Of a stretch of 64,000 nt of DNA, positions 13,377-25,699 are shown one piece after another; position 1 is the stretch's first letter; each line of letters starts with the position of its first letter. The stretch comes from Felis catus (lineage: Eukaryota), in NCBI RefSeq assembly GCF_018350175.1, contig NC_058368.1:2356001-2420000 (forward strand), read 5' to 3'. The notes beneath the pieces were generated by a model. The model searched no databases, was not told the origin of the DNA, and was given only the letters and a program-made list of their open reading frames with translations. The position numbers and the translations under genes were made by a program.

Positions 13377-13779
13377 CTGAAAGAGAGAAAACAAAAACAT
13401 CAGGAAATAAGTTTTAGATGGTTTAGAAGTAATCACATATAGGTACTATATGGAAACTTCACTGAATTAAAAACACACACATTTTTACTTTAATTTACCT
13501 CTCTTTGATACAGTGGAAAACTTCTACAGTAGAGAGTTAAGTACAGTACTAATACTTAAAAAAAGATACTGTGTTTTTTCATCAGGTTACGATTACCAGT
13601 AAAAGGAGGGATGGATGTTGGCTAGCAAATAACAGGCATCCACTACAGGTTTGATTTGCATGGCACTTTATGCGATTCGCACTCAAATTTCACCATTCAC
13701 AGTATCTCAAGTGAAGCAAATTTGAAAATTCAGGAGAGTAACGGAGATCTTGGTATACCAAACGCCAAACTATATTATT

Positions 13780-14290
13780 TAAACTAAGAAAATTAAATCT
13801 TTGCAGCAGTAACTTGATCTTCCTTCGGGAAACCGTTCCTTCTCCATTCTCAACAGGCAGGCCAGGCGTAGGACTACCCATTCTCACCCCTCAAGGTGGA
13901 TGCCGACTGGCTCAGCCAATCACTGTCCTCTCACAGAATCGGCGCAGAGATGGGCAAGAAGCTGAGCCAAGCTAAGGAGCAGGCTGCGCATGTCTGGCTG
14001 CAGGGACTCGCGATGGGCCTTGACCTAGGCTGGGTCATTCAGAGTGGCATTTCTGATGAGAATGCTGAATCCTTCACTTCATTTTTTTCCCTCCGCCAGC
14101 CCTCCTGGGCTTTGATGACGTGAGAATGTTTCACTTAGGAATGTGAGGCAGTGGCAAGAGGGCCTGGAACTGCCAGACAGCCGGTGTTTAGGGCCTGAGA
14201 ATGCAGCCAATCCTAACTGGCAGCTATGAAAGATGGATACTGGTGATGTCTGAGCCCTGGATTAAGTTGAACTTGAAGCCAGCTCTGTGT
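13780..14290. mobile_element. Probable old MaLR LTR remnant (MLT1-like)
   Basis: Motifs tgactggctcagccaatca, cagagatgggc, ggattaagttgaacttgaagcc resemble MLT1J/K-type LTRs (recalled). Confidence 0.4.
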
Positions 14291-14464
14291 CTGGCCACTA
14301 GCTCCACGTCTGTCCTTTCTTGCTCAAATAGATAGTGTCTGGTTTTATGTGCCTGCAATGAAAAGAACAGCGATAGATACAGAAAAGGTACCCTGCAAAT
14401 CATGGCCTCCGGATAAGCCAAAAAAATTTTCCTTCCGGATCATAAGTTTGATACAATAGCGAAA

Positions 14465-16150
14465 TACACAATTAAAAAAAATTTTATCATGGAAAACTTC
14501 AATCACACACAAAAGTAGAGAGAATATGATGAATAACTGTATTACACATATATCAGCTTCAGTAATTATCAACTCATGACAGATCTTGGTTTATCTATAC
14601 CTCTTTCCATTCCTTTCTCCCACTTCCCACTGGGTTATTTTGAAACAAATCTCATATATTATTTCAGAGTAGAAAATCCAAGCTGTATCTCTAAAAGCAC
14701 GGCTCCCTCCCTCCAAATAATTACCAATAATCCCTCAATATCATCAGATTCATACCACTTTTACAAACGTCCCTGTATCAGGAAAATAATTTTTCAAGTG
14801 TTCTCAAATCAGGATTCAAGGAAGGTCCTTGCATTGTACTTGGTCAACAGGACTCAGGTCACTTTTTTGTTGTTGTTGTTGTGGCAAAATACCCATAACA
14901 GAATTTGCCATTTTAGCCATTTTTAAATGTACAGGGTAGTGGCATTAAGTAAATTCACACCGTTTTGCAATGATTATCAAAACTTTTTTTATCACCACAA
15001 ACTGAAACCCCATACCCATGAAACACTAACTCCATTCATTCTGCCTCCAGCCCCTATAATCTCTACCCTATTTGCCGTCTCTATGAATTCGCCTACTCTA
15101 GGGACCTCATACAGATGGAACCATACAATATTTGTCCTTTTGTGCCTGGCTCACTTCACTTAGCATCATGTCTTCAAGGTTCATCCACATGGTAGCACGT
15201 GTCAGAATTCCACTCCTGTTTAAGGTTGAATAATACTCCACTATATGCATAGGCCACATTTTGTTTATCCATCCGTTGATGGACATCTGGGTTGTTTCCA
15301 CTCTTTGGCTATTGTGATTAATGCTGCTACAAACATTGGTGTAAAAATATCTGTTTGAATCTCTGCTTTTAATTCTTTTGGGTATGTACCCAGAGGAGAA
15401 TTGTTGGATCATACGGTCATTCTCTATGTTTAATTTGAGGAACACCCATGCTTTTTTCAAAAGTGGTGGCACCATTTTCCATTCCCACCAACAGTGCAGA
15501 GAGGTTATCATTTCTCCACATCCTTGCCAACACTTGTTAATTTTCTTCTTGATAATAATGGTATTTATGATGTGCTGTCTCATTACGGTTTTGATGTGTA
15601 TTTCCCTAATGGTTGGTGATGTGGAGCATCTTTTCATGTGGGAATTAGCCAATCATGTATCTTCTTCAAAGAAATGTCTATTCCAGTCTTTCCCTTTCAA
15701 TTGGGTTCTTTGGTTTTTTTTGTTGTCGTTGAGTTACAGGAGTTCTTTATATATACTGGATTTTAACCCCTATGTATGATTTGCAAATATTTTCTCCCAT
15801 TCTGTGGGTTGTTTTTTCACTCTCTTTTCTGTGTACTTTGATTCACAAAAGTTTAACATTTTTCTTTTGTTCCCTGTGCTATAAATCTCTTTAAAAAAAA
15901 TCTATAGATTCTCCCGTGTCTTTACCCCCTCTCTTTCAACTTAGTTGTTAAAGATGCCTGGTCGTCAGTCCTGTAAAGTTTCTTATCGTCTAGAATTTTG
16001 CTGACTGCATCTTCTTGGTGTCATTTCAAATGTTCCTCTAACTTCTATATTTTCTACACACTAGTCCTTGGATCCAGAAGTGTGCTGAGATTCAAGTTGG
16101 ATTTTTGGCAAGAATTTGTAATAGATGGTACTGTATACTTCCATCAAGGA
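14465..16150 (-). mobile_element. L1M(B)-type 3' fragment (about 14865-15890) inside an older L1ME-like remnant
   Basis: ORF 15107-15652 resembles the L1 ORF2 C-terminus (HMKRCSTS, KCWQGCGE...HCWWE, ATMWMNLEDMMLSEVSQAQKDKYCM). Confidence 0.8.
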
Positions 16151-17619
16151 GGCCGGAATAAAAATGTTTATAAAAATGCTATATACTACTAAGAGACCGT
16201 GATAGTAAAAGTTACTGACTTTGGAAGTATGTGAAATCATTTGCAGAGATGTCAGAGGTGATCAGAGATGTCACAGAGGAAGTAATTCTAAAAATGGTCT
16301 TCAAAGGATGGGTGAAAATTTAATTAAGTGGGGTGGGATGACAGATAAAGCTGAATATGAAAACTAAATATGAAAATTAAAAAGTCACTGATGGTCCAAA
16401 ATAACATCCATGTGGAAGAAGCAATGGGAACTAAGGCCTATGGTAGCCTAGACACAGGAATGAACTCCCACAGAGGGTGATGGCAGTGATCCTAACGGCT
16501 CCCAATCAGATGGCGCACAGACTTGGGGCCCAAGTTCAGAGCAAGGCAGGTAAGGACTTTCTATCCAGGTAATGCAATGGTTTAGCTCCAAGTAACTTCA
16601 GGCATATATTTTAAATTTAAATGATAACATTAAAATAATATTTTTAATGACTTATATTTTTGTGCATTACCAACTTTTTGGTTGTTTTTATTTTGGAGCC
16701 AGTGTACTTCTTTTTAATAAAAAAGCTCACAGTGAGTTTTCAGATATTTTTCCTTAAAAACGTTCAGTGTTTATATGGAGAGAGAAAGAAATGTGTTTTG
16801 TCATATCTTGTACCCGAGAGAAGTGCTCTGGTGTCAGTTGAAGGATCAAAGTATTTCATCCCTTGGCAGCCTCGGTAAAGTGGAGAGTGGCTTTTTTTCC
16901 CCCTCCAATTTTCAAAGGACTATGGTAATGTGAAAAAATGGCCAAAATGTTAGACTGACGTGGGCTTAGTGCCAAGAGGAGGCCTCACTCTTCTCTTCTT
17001 TCCACACAGGTACACGTCCTCTAAATGGGGACTTTGTGAGAAAGAAAATTCCAGTGTCTTTCTTTGACATGCTGACTTGAATAAAAAGCTTGAATAAACA
17101 GAGTTGAGACAGTATGAAACAGCACCTACACTCTCAAGTACATCATAAACAATATAGTTCTACAATTCAAATTAAAAAAAATATAATTCTACAATAGCAT
17201 TTTCAATATCTGCCCTCTGAAAACGCTTTTAAAGGAAACTGACACTTTGGAATACAGGAAAAACAATACATATCTCTTACATTTAATTGTAAAGTAAATG
17301 GCAATGTTTTAAAAGTACATGCCAAACAGGAAAGTATTTTAAATAATTATATTTAAAAATTTGTTAATGAATCCTTAAGGAAGGGCCACAAGAAGAGAGG
17401 ATTAAATTCTGTTAATGACTATGCTTCTCTAAAAATATTTTAAATTTGGAACCATTCTAAAAAATGACTTGCTACTGAATGCAATTTTGAGAACTCTGTT
17501 TCCCAAAGCAAGATTAATACATCTATCATAAGAACATGTTTATATACCTTACAATGTATTTAATTTATATTCAGTACATCTTTAAGGACTGTATTATATC
17601 GAGAATTCTGCTCAGTTTA

Positions 17620-17840
17620 AAATAAAAAAAAATTAATATTTACTTATTTATTTAAATGTTTATTTACCCTTGAGAGAGACAGAGGGAGACCCAGAATCCG
17701 AAGCAGGCTCCAGGCTCCGAGCTGTCAGCACAGAGCCCGACGCGGGGCTCGAACCCACAAGCTGTGAGATCATGACCCGAGCCGAAGTCGGACGCTTATC
17801 CAACTGAGCCACCCAGGCGCCCCTATATTTACTTTTGAAG

Positions 17841-17880
<40 letters not shown>

Positions 17881-18046
17881 AAGTGCGAGCGGGGGAGGCG
17901 CAGAGAGAGGGAGTCAGAATCCAAACCAGGCTCCAGGCTCTGAGATGTCAGCACAGAGGCCGACACGGGGCTTGAACCCACAAGCTGCGAGATCATGACC
18001 CGAGCTGAAGTCGGATGCTTACCGACTGAGCCACCCAGGCGCCCCC
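17620..18046 (-). mobile_element. Host CAN-SINE (body about 17835-18046)
   Basis: 18-bp TSD agaattctgctcagttta at 17602-17619 and 18047-18064. Confidence 0.92.
17646..17824 (-). mobile_element. CAN-SINE nested in the tail of another SINE
   Basis: 10-bp TSD atatttactt at 17636 and 17825. Confidence 0.92.
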
Positions 18047-18084
18047 AGAATTCTGCTCAGTTTACAAGAACGCATACGAGCCGC

Positions 18085-18443
18085 ACGCTGCGGGAGTCCC
18101 TGAGGAGTAGCAGCCGTGGCTGTGCGCTGCCCTTTGGCCTCAACGAGGGCCACAAGGTGACTAAGGACGGGAGCAAGTTGAGGCACAGCCGTGGCCACGG
18201 GCGCCTCAGCAAGCACACCAGGCTCGCGCGGGACGTGATGTGAGAGGTGTGCAGCGTTGTCCATCGAGCGGTGTGCCATGGGGCTGCTCAAGGTCTCCGA
18301 GGACAAGTGCATCCTCAAGTTCACCAAGAACAGGGTGGGGACACACGTCTGTGCCGAGAGGAAGACATGAGGGAAGCGGCAGCCAAGGACTGAACCTCTC
18401 CTCTCTGGATGTAATAAAACCTTTTTGGAACTTGCAAAAAAAA
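18085..18443 (+). pseudogene. RPL36: Processed pseudogene of 60S ribosomal protein L36
   Basis: Fragments [35 protein letters not shown] and [33 protein letters not shown] align to RPL36. Intronless. Start mutated to GTG (18116), premature TGA (18241), frameshifts, about 30 nt deleted before the stop (18391). AATAAA at 18413, A8 tail at 18436-18443. Confidence 0.93.
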
Positions 18444-18734
18444 GCATGATAACTCGTACTTTTCTTTATAGTAATGAATGGTGGATAAGTTATTTTCTTA
18501 TTTCAAAGGTATACTATTTTTTGCTAGTTATCATATGGTGTAATTTTTGATATTTATTTTATGTGGCAAAATGGAATATTTAAAATTGTTCTCAATGTAG
18601 CTAAATTTTACATTCTTTTCAAGTGACTTCATTAATATCAATAAAGAAATAAAAAAAATCAACAAAGCATATGTGAAAAAAGTGTACCTGTTGAATCTCT
18701 CCTCTATTATAATATTCATATTAGTGTTTTTTTA

Positions 18735-18950
18735 AAAATTTTTTTTACATTTATTTATTTTTGAGAAACAGTGAGACAAAGCGTGAGCGGGGGAGGGGCA
18801 GAGAGAGAGAGGGACACACAGAATCCAAGGGAGGCTCCAGGCTCCGAGCTGTCGGCACAGAGCCGGACGCGGGGCTCGAGCCCGCTAACCGTGAGATCGT
18901 GACCTGAGCCGAAGTCGGACGCTCAACCGACAGAGCCACCCAGGCGCCCC
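18735..18950 (-). mobile_element. CAN-SINE
   Basis: Full reverse body ending caggcgcccc; CpG-rich. Confidence 0.94.
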
Positions 18951-20563
18951 GTAGCAGTGTTTTTTCTTTAAGTTGAAAATGCACATTTCAATTTGTGTAT
19001 TTCAGAGAAAAACAAAAAACTGTTAAGACCCTCTCCAAGATTTTTTTCCTGTAACTTCTTCTCTAGCCGCAGAAGGGAGGAGGAAGTAGATAAATACCCA
19101 GCAGGCGACATCAGGAAGACTGTGTTTGACTCCATCTGCAGGGTGGGAGCGGCAACGAGAGAAAGGGTTCCAAGAGATTTGCTGGGTTTCGACCGGGTGG
19201 GTGAAAAGCAGTCCTACCAAACGACACTAGCAATAAGGGTGCGGGTTTAGGGGAAGATGATGAGTTGGGTCTGGAATACGGGAAGCTCCAGGGAACTGAG
19301 AGACGCGCAAGCAGGCATTGGGCGGCAGGCTGAGATACCGAAGTCTGGCGCTCAGGAGAGCGGCCTGGGCCGGAGACGGGGACACGGCCGGGGATCTGGG
19401 ATCTGAGAGTCCCAGCGGCACACACGGATGCCAAACCAAGGGGAGCAGGAGAACCGTAAGCGGACAGACCCTAGGGAGCACCGGTGTTGTGTGGCCAGGA
19501 GGAGGCGGAGAAACCGACGACAGAAAGAGAGGTCCCAAGAGAACTGGGATCACGGAGCTTCAAAGAATCCAAGAGAACTCGTGGCACTTGGATTTGCCTA
19601 ATAAAAAAGAGATCTTTCCGGCCTTGACCTCAAGGCACGGTGGAGAAGCCGTACGGACGTTATTCCCACCGTAACTGTGGAAGCAGAGACCGTTGCCTTC
19701 ATCTTACAGATGCAGTAGACACTAAAGAAACGTACGAGCTCCAAGGGCACACAGGAGTGGTGAGGCTCCGGACCCCTTCCGTCCCCAGGGCTGGGCGCCC
19801 TCTTGCCAGCTCCAGAGTCGTGCAGCAGACGTGTTGTTGGAGGGACGGAGAACGCGAAGGGTCGGGCCTGACCTCGCGGTCAGAGTGGAACGCGGGCCGG
19901 CACAGGAGAGCCCACGCTAAGGGAGGCCAGCATTTGGAGGAACGGGGAGCTCGCGGCTCCCACTCTGCCCTTTCGCACGCAACCCTGCCGCGCATCTCCC
20001 TGTCGGCTGCTCACCCTTCTTGCCATCATTCAGTCATACTCTGAGTCCCGATCTCCCTACCGGTCCTTCATTAACGAAGGCTGTGCTTGCATACGCTCCG
20101 GGGTCAATGGCAGGAAGTTAGGTTTCATTCCCCTCCTGCGGCTGCGCAGTGCAGATTATTTATTCCTTCTTGCTGACTTTGAAATGAATGCCATCGATAT
20201 TGTCTATCCTTGCAGTCACTTATTCCTCTGGTTCCTCCTAAGCTCGCTCTCTCTCTCTCTCTCTGTCTCCTTTCCCCTATTTCTCACACTATTATCCTCA
20301 TGCACTTTACCTAAAGGAAAAAATATCAACCTTTCTGCTACGGACTTCCGTTTTGCTTTTCTGACAGTCCATCACGAAGGGCCTTCTCCCCAGCCATCTA
20401 GAAACACCGGCTTTTAATGCTTTTAGAAATCTTGGAAATGTACGATGCCCCTATTCTTTCTGGGAATATAAATAGTTCTCCAGCTATGTAAGGAACAGGG
20501 AGAGAGAACTACCCAACAGGAAAATGTGTGAGTAGGCTGATGAATTTATCTCCCTTGACAGTT

Positions 20564-20564
20564 T

Positions 20565-20623
<59 letters not shown>
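20564..20623. repeat. (TA)n microsatellite
   Basis: About 30 TA units with one TG interruption. Confidence 0.95.
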
Positions 20624-20626
<3 letters not shown>

Positions 20627-22847
20627 GGGAGAGAGAGACATACAGACATATAGGTGCCTGAAAGTAAAGAAAATAAAGAAGTTCCCGATCACCTCCCTCA
20701 GTGTCCTCTATATATCTGTAAAGACACACAGATTCACAGTCCTTCTCCTGGAGACCAGAACCACGGTTTCTGGAAATGGCCACACTCTAAGAGAATCCCG
20801 ACAGAATACTTCTCATGACGATGCTCTTCCAATTCCTCATCTGCCAATATGCGAAAATGCTTCATGCATCTTATGCTGCGAGCAGAGGCTGAATGAGGAG
20901 AACAGTGCTCTCAATTTCAAGAAGAGAATAAAACTTAAAAAAAAAAAAACCCTCCCCCCAAAAGAAGAAGAGAATAAAGAAAACCTACAGATTTTTTTCC
21001 CCCTGCCTGAAGAACTAAGACCGTAAGTAAACACAGTTTTGGAAACCGTCATAACTATCTTCCCTTCAAACCTCACCGCTGCTTCCAGGCCTGCATCATA
21101 ATCCGTGTTACGGAAGCACTGCCACCACTCGCGACCTTCTCTCTACCAAGAAAAGGGGTGTCTGCCTACTGCTCTTTGAAGTCTCAACCCCCGCGTCGCA
21201 CTTCAGGTCTCAAAGACATTGCCCTTCATCTGCCCAGCAGCCTCCTACTTCCTTCCGACATCCTTACATTTCGCCTTCAAACTCCATCCCCTCCTCTGAG
21301 ATGGGCTTTCTCACTGCCTGCTCAGGACTGAGAGGTCAGCCCCTTCTTTCAGACTCCCCCCATCAGAAGGGCCTGTTTGATTTCCCCAGTTTAGGTGGCT
21401 CATGGCCGAATTTCACGGAAGGTTTCCTAGGAGGGAACCCCTAGGATGGTAAGAAAACAACACGACAAAGTACGGGGTCCTAGAAGCCCTGGGGTGAGAG
21501 TAGGTAACAGCATCGGTACTGCCGGGGTCCTGGGCGTCGAGAATGCAGAATATCTTCCCCGGGTCCGGTAACAGGGAGGTCACTGATGGTCCCGACGAGA
21601 GTGGTGTCGCCGGAGGGTGGGTGCTGGCCCAAGTGGGCAGGAGGATGCCTGGCCTGGCACGTGAGGAAGTGAGCACAACGCGGCCCAAAGGGCTTGGCTA
21701 TGAAAAGGGCCGAGAAGTCTGGAGAGAGCAGGAGGCAGATGTAGGGTCACCGGAGGGAGGCTTTTCCTCAAAGATGGGAGATGTCCGGAAGTCGCTATGT
21801 AAGAAAGCACGACAGAGTGCGGGACAGAGAGTGGGGCAGGGGAGGGAATAACAGCAGGGTGAGAAGTCTCGGGAAGGCAACAGAAGAGGCCCGGCACCAA
21901 GTCGGAGGCAGGCGGCCCTTCCCGTCACAGGGAAGGGTGCTCCTGTCACACGGTGACGGTGACGGTGACGGGGAGAGGATGCGGCTGTCCCGTCGGCTGC
22001 CCGAGACAGAGGCGGTAGCTTTGGAGGCACGGCCCCTTTACTTTATGTAAAGGAACAAAAGGTTTAAAATTCACAGAAGTCTTCCGGGCACAGGACAGGA
22101 TATACTTCATTGTGAATTCTACTAGTTTTAATAATTGCCTTCATGATTGTGAACACAGAATATGATATTAGGCATATGTTCTTATAATCTACAGTCAGGT
22201 AGTGCAACTTAAAAAACCTGTTTTGTGCACAAGGCTGCCAAGATCAGGTTTCTTTACTTTAAGCGACTTCATTTTATAGGTAATGAACTCTGAAATGACT
22301 ATAGACCACATAAAATACGGTAATACAGTGAATAACTTCAATTTAGAGAAGATCTAGGTCAGGAAAAGGAAAAACATTCTATAAAATAGCTGTGAGTCAT
22401 TAAACCGATAAAATGTTGGTTACCAGGGGGCAAACATTTCACCTAGGATATTTTAGAAATATTTTACATCAAAAAAGTGTCTACATGAAAAAGAAAATAA
22501 AATTACTTGGTGATAATTTCATGCTTTTATTTGGGTGTTGATAAAGTCAATGTATTCTTTCTAAAATTTATGACAGTGTTACTGCTAAGTGGATTTAATT
22601 TTGCTGATAAGTGATACCAATTATAACTGGAAAAAGATCCATATAAAGTGCCAAACAGTTTTAACTGGAAAATAGTTTTAAAAACATGTAGTCTTCACAC
22701 TTTCAATTCACAGAAAGGCTAACTCAGATTTGTAATAAAAATATTCCAGAGACTCACTCAAATAGGTCAGAATAATTTGTCATCAGCAATGTCAATGTTA
22801 ACATTAATTAGCATGAAATATAATTAGCATGGAATGAATTTTGATTT

Positions 22848-23040
22848 CTTTTAATGTTTATTTATTTTTGAAGGAGAGAGAGACACACTGTGAGTGGGGG
22901 AGGGGCAGAGAGGAAGGAGACACAGAATCCGAAGCGGACTCCAGGCTCTGAGCCCGACGCGGGGCTCGAACCCACAAACCGAAAGATCGTGACCTGAGCC
23001 GAAGTCAGATGCTTCACCGAATGAGCCACCCAGGCGCCCC
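22848..23040 (-). mobile_element. CAN-SINE
   Basis: Reverse body with internal deletion; flanks tggaatg(c)aat. Confidence 0.92.
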
Positions 23041-23464
23041 TGGAATGCAATCTTAGAGGACTATCTGTTACGTGCCAGAGAACATTTAGGCAACATGCTA
23101 GGCCAACGACCACACGGAGTCTTCCTCTTAGAGAAGTTGTGGCTTAATTACAGATATGAGAGACGGCACAGTGTAACAAAATGAAAACACGAGAAAGAAC
23201 AAGACCTCCGGTGGTTCCAGAGATGACTTTAACAGAGGAGGATGGCCAATGGGCAGGAAGCCGACGGGCGAGGGAAGTCTGGCCAGAACAGCAGGCGGCA
23301 TTTAAGGCACTCCCCAAAGTGGGGCAGGTTAATGGCAGGGAATGAGGCCTGTGGAGGTTACTTCTCTGCGGGAGTGAAGTGTCTTCTGAGGCCCTTGAAA
23401 ATGAGTCTCTCATGTGAGTACTACAGATTAATCTTTTATCTCTCAGATACTTTTCTCTTAAGGT

Positions 23465-23651
23465 AAATTTTTTAAAGTGTATTTATTTATTCTGAGAGAG
23501 AGAGGAGAGAGAGCTTGCATGTGCACAGGGCAGAGAAACAGGGAGAGAGAGAGAATCCCAACGCTGGGATCGAACTCACAAACCTTGAGATAATGACCTG
23601 AGACGAAATCAAGAACTGGACACTTAACCGAATGAGCCACGCAGGCACCCC
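23465..23651 (-). mobile_element. CAN-SINE (older subtype)
   Basis: Reverse body ending gcaggcacccc; flanks tctcttaa. Confidence 0.88.
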
Positions 23652-23891
23652 TCTCTTAAAATAACTTAAATTTTCTGTCTTCAGTTTTTATTTTATGAAT
23701 TCGCCTTAAGAATAACTTTTAATTCCTAAAATTACATATTTGTATTAATGCTTTATACGAATGCTGAATTAACCTCCTACTTAGACTAATATTCTGCCAC
23801 AAGGTCAGAATTTTTCTGGAATTTGCCTTCCCCCTGCCCTGGCTTCCTTTCTTCAGGGCAAAAATACAACCAGATATAAAGTAACTAGTTT

Positions 23892-24105
23892 GGGGGCACC
23901 TGGGTGGCTCAGTCGGTTGAGTGTCCGACTTCAGCTCAGGTCATGATCTCATAGTTTGTGGATTCAAGCCCCGTGTCGGGCTCTGTGCCGACAGCTCAGA
24001 GCGTGGAGCCCGTTTCAGATTCTGTGTCTCCCTCTCCCTGTCTGTCCTTCCCCCGCTCATGCTCTGTCTCTGTCTCTCAAAAATAAATAAACATTAAAAA
24101 AAATT
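23892..24105 (+). mobile_element. CAN-SINE
   Basis: Full body; TSD-like aaagtaa..agttt. Confidence 0.93.
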
Positions 24106-24519
24106 TAAAGTAAATGAGTTTATATCTATAGACATCACTCACGTTTTCACCACTGGTAAATATGATATTTTTCTTCAAGTCTCAAAATGCATTCAGAAAG
24201 TATCTGTCATGAAAGGATACCTCAAAGCTGTAGCTTTGATCTAAATATCAGTATTTGGGGTTTAAATATTATACCTAAAACCACTCTAAAGTGCCGGATT
24301 AACGACAATTTCCTAAAATCTTTATTAACTATGACTTTAAAGGTTTTACTTATTTTAATTTATAAATTCACTAATAAGAGGCCAAGGTCTGGTTAACATT
24401 AAAATCTTATGAAAACATACAGCAATCACAACACTGCCAGTATTATCAGTTATAAACACAGCCCATGATCTTCGTCAGTTTTTACGGCCATGTAGCAGAT
24501 ACTATAAATGTTACAAACA

Positions 24520-24690
24520 TCTTACTTTATTACACCCTTTCAACAAACCCATGAAGGCGGGCATTACTATCTTGTTTTAAAGGTGATGAAAATGAGAATG
24601 AAAGAGATTAAGTAACTACCCGAGGTCCTAAAACTAGGAAAAATTCGAACATAAGCCTGCGAGTCCAGAATATACCCTTATTCACTACCC
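24520..24690. mobile_element. MIR remnant
   Basis: acaaacccatgaagg...attactatcttgtttt..aggtgatgaaaatgag...agattaagtaact..ccgaggtc MIR core. Confidence 0.6.
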
Positions 24691-25399
24691 AGAGACTACC
24701 TCCCAGGAAATTCCCACTTGACAAAAGTACATAGGGATGTTGTGGTGCCGGCTGGAAGGAATCAGGTGAGGGCTGGGGTGGGGTGTTGTCACGTTTCGTA
24801 TGAGGAGCACTCGTCAAATGTACGTAAAGTCTATGCGGTTCACCAGATGCCGACCCACTGACGTGCGAGCAGGATCGATACTCGCTAATAATCAGCAGTT
24901 TGATTGCTGCTGCCTTCTTGCAGTCAGGGTGCCAATGTGCCCCCCCCTTTGTCACATTTTGTTTTCCTTCTTCTGGAGCGTTACGTGATACACTTATTCT
25001 ACACTTACTTTAAAACTAACGCTGACATACAAAAACAAAGTGAAAACAAATGTTGATTTGGGAATGTCGTAAATCTCTCGAGCTAAATGGTCACAAGTCT
25101 TCTGCACTCAATAAAAGGGTCATGAACGACTGACTTGGAAATTACACGCGCAGCTTAATTCTCCAACTCCTCCCTCAGATAACAGGAGAGAACGTTATCT
25201 GTTATTCATTCATCGCCACCTTCAGGTGAACCCTTTTTCTACCTGTCACAGACAGACTGGTCCTCACGTGAAAAGGACCACGCAGGTCCTCTGCCTACTT
25301 GTACAGGTATATTTAAATATATTCCACCGACACTTACTGAAGTGAAATTCAACTTGAATACATAGGAGAGTAAAGCTAAACGCTATTTAGGAAGTGCTT

Positions 25400-25600
25400 T
25401 TACTCCCCGTCTAGGACTTTGGGCAGGTTACGTAACCTCTTTGGGCCTCAATTAACTCATCTAGAACACGGGAGTATGAAACGAAGGTACCTTCCTCAAA
25501 GGAACGTTGAGGACTGAACACGGTAATACGTGTAGAGGGCTACGCATACGATGTGATACGTAGGAAGCCTTCAGTAAATATTTCCGGTATTCATGTTGTT
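25400..25600. mobile_element. MIR remnant
   Basis: gactttgggcaggttacgtaacctctttgggcctcaatt..tcatct...tcagtaaatat. Confidence 0.6.
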
Positions 25601-25699
25601 ACTGAGCATGTGCATTTGTTTGGAAGCACTTCTGGCACTGCACGGCCAGGCCGCTCCCCTGGGTGAGCCCCCGGCCGACCACCCCTTCTCAGGCCGCTT

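Noticed and set aside
17995..18449. Functional RPL36 gene or SINE-RPL36 fusion ORF
   Set aside because: Lost ATG, two or more frameshifts, an internal stop and a deletion. The 82-aa ORF starts in antisense SINE sequence, with no evidence of expression. No convincing TSD could be read either.
19023..22050. Overlapping 100-134 aa ORFs as a nested gene
   Set aside because: Low-complexity Pro/Arg/Gly/Ser translations in several frames, as expected from high GC, with no recognisable domain or splice structure.
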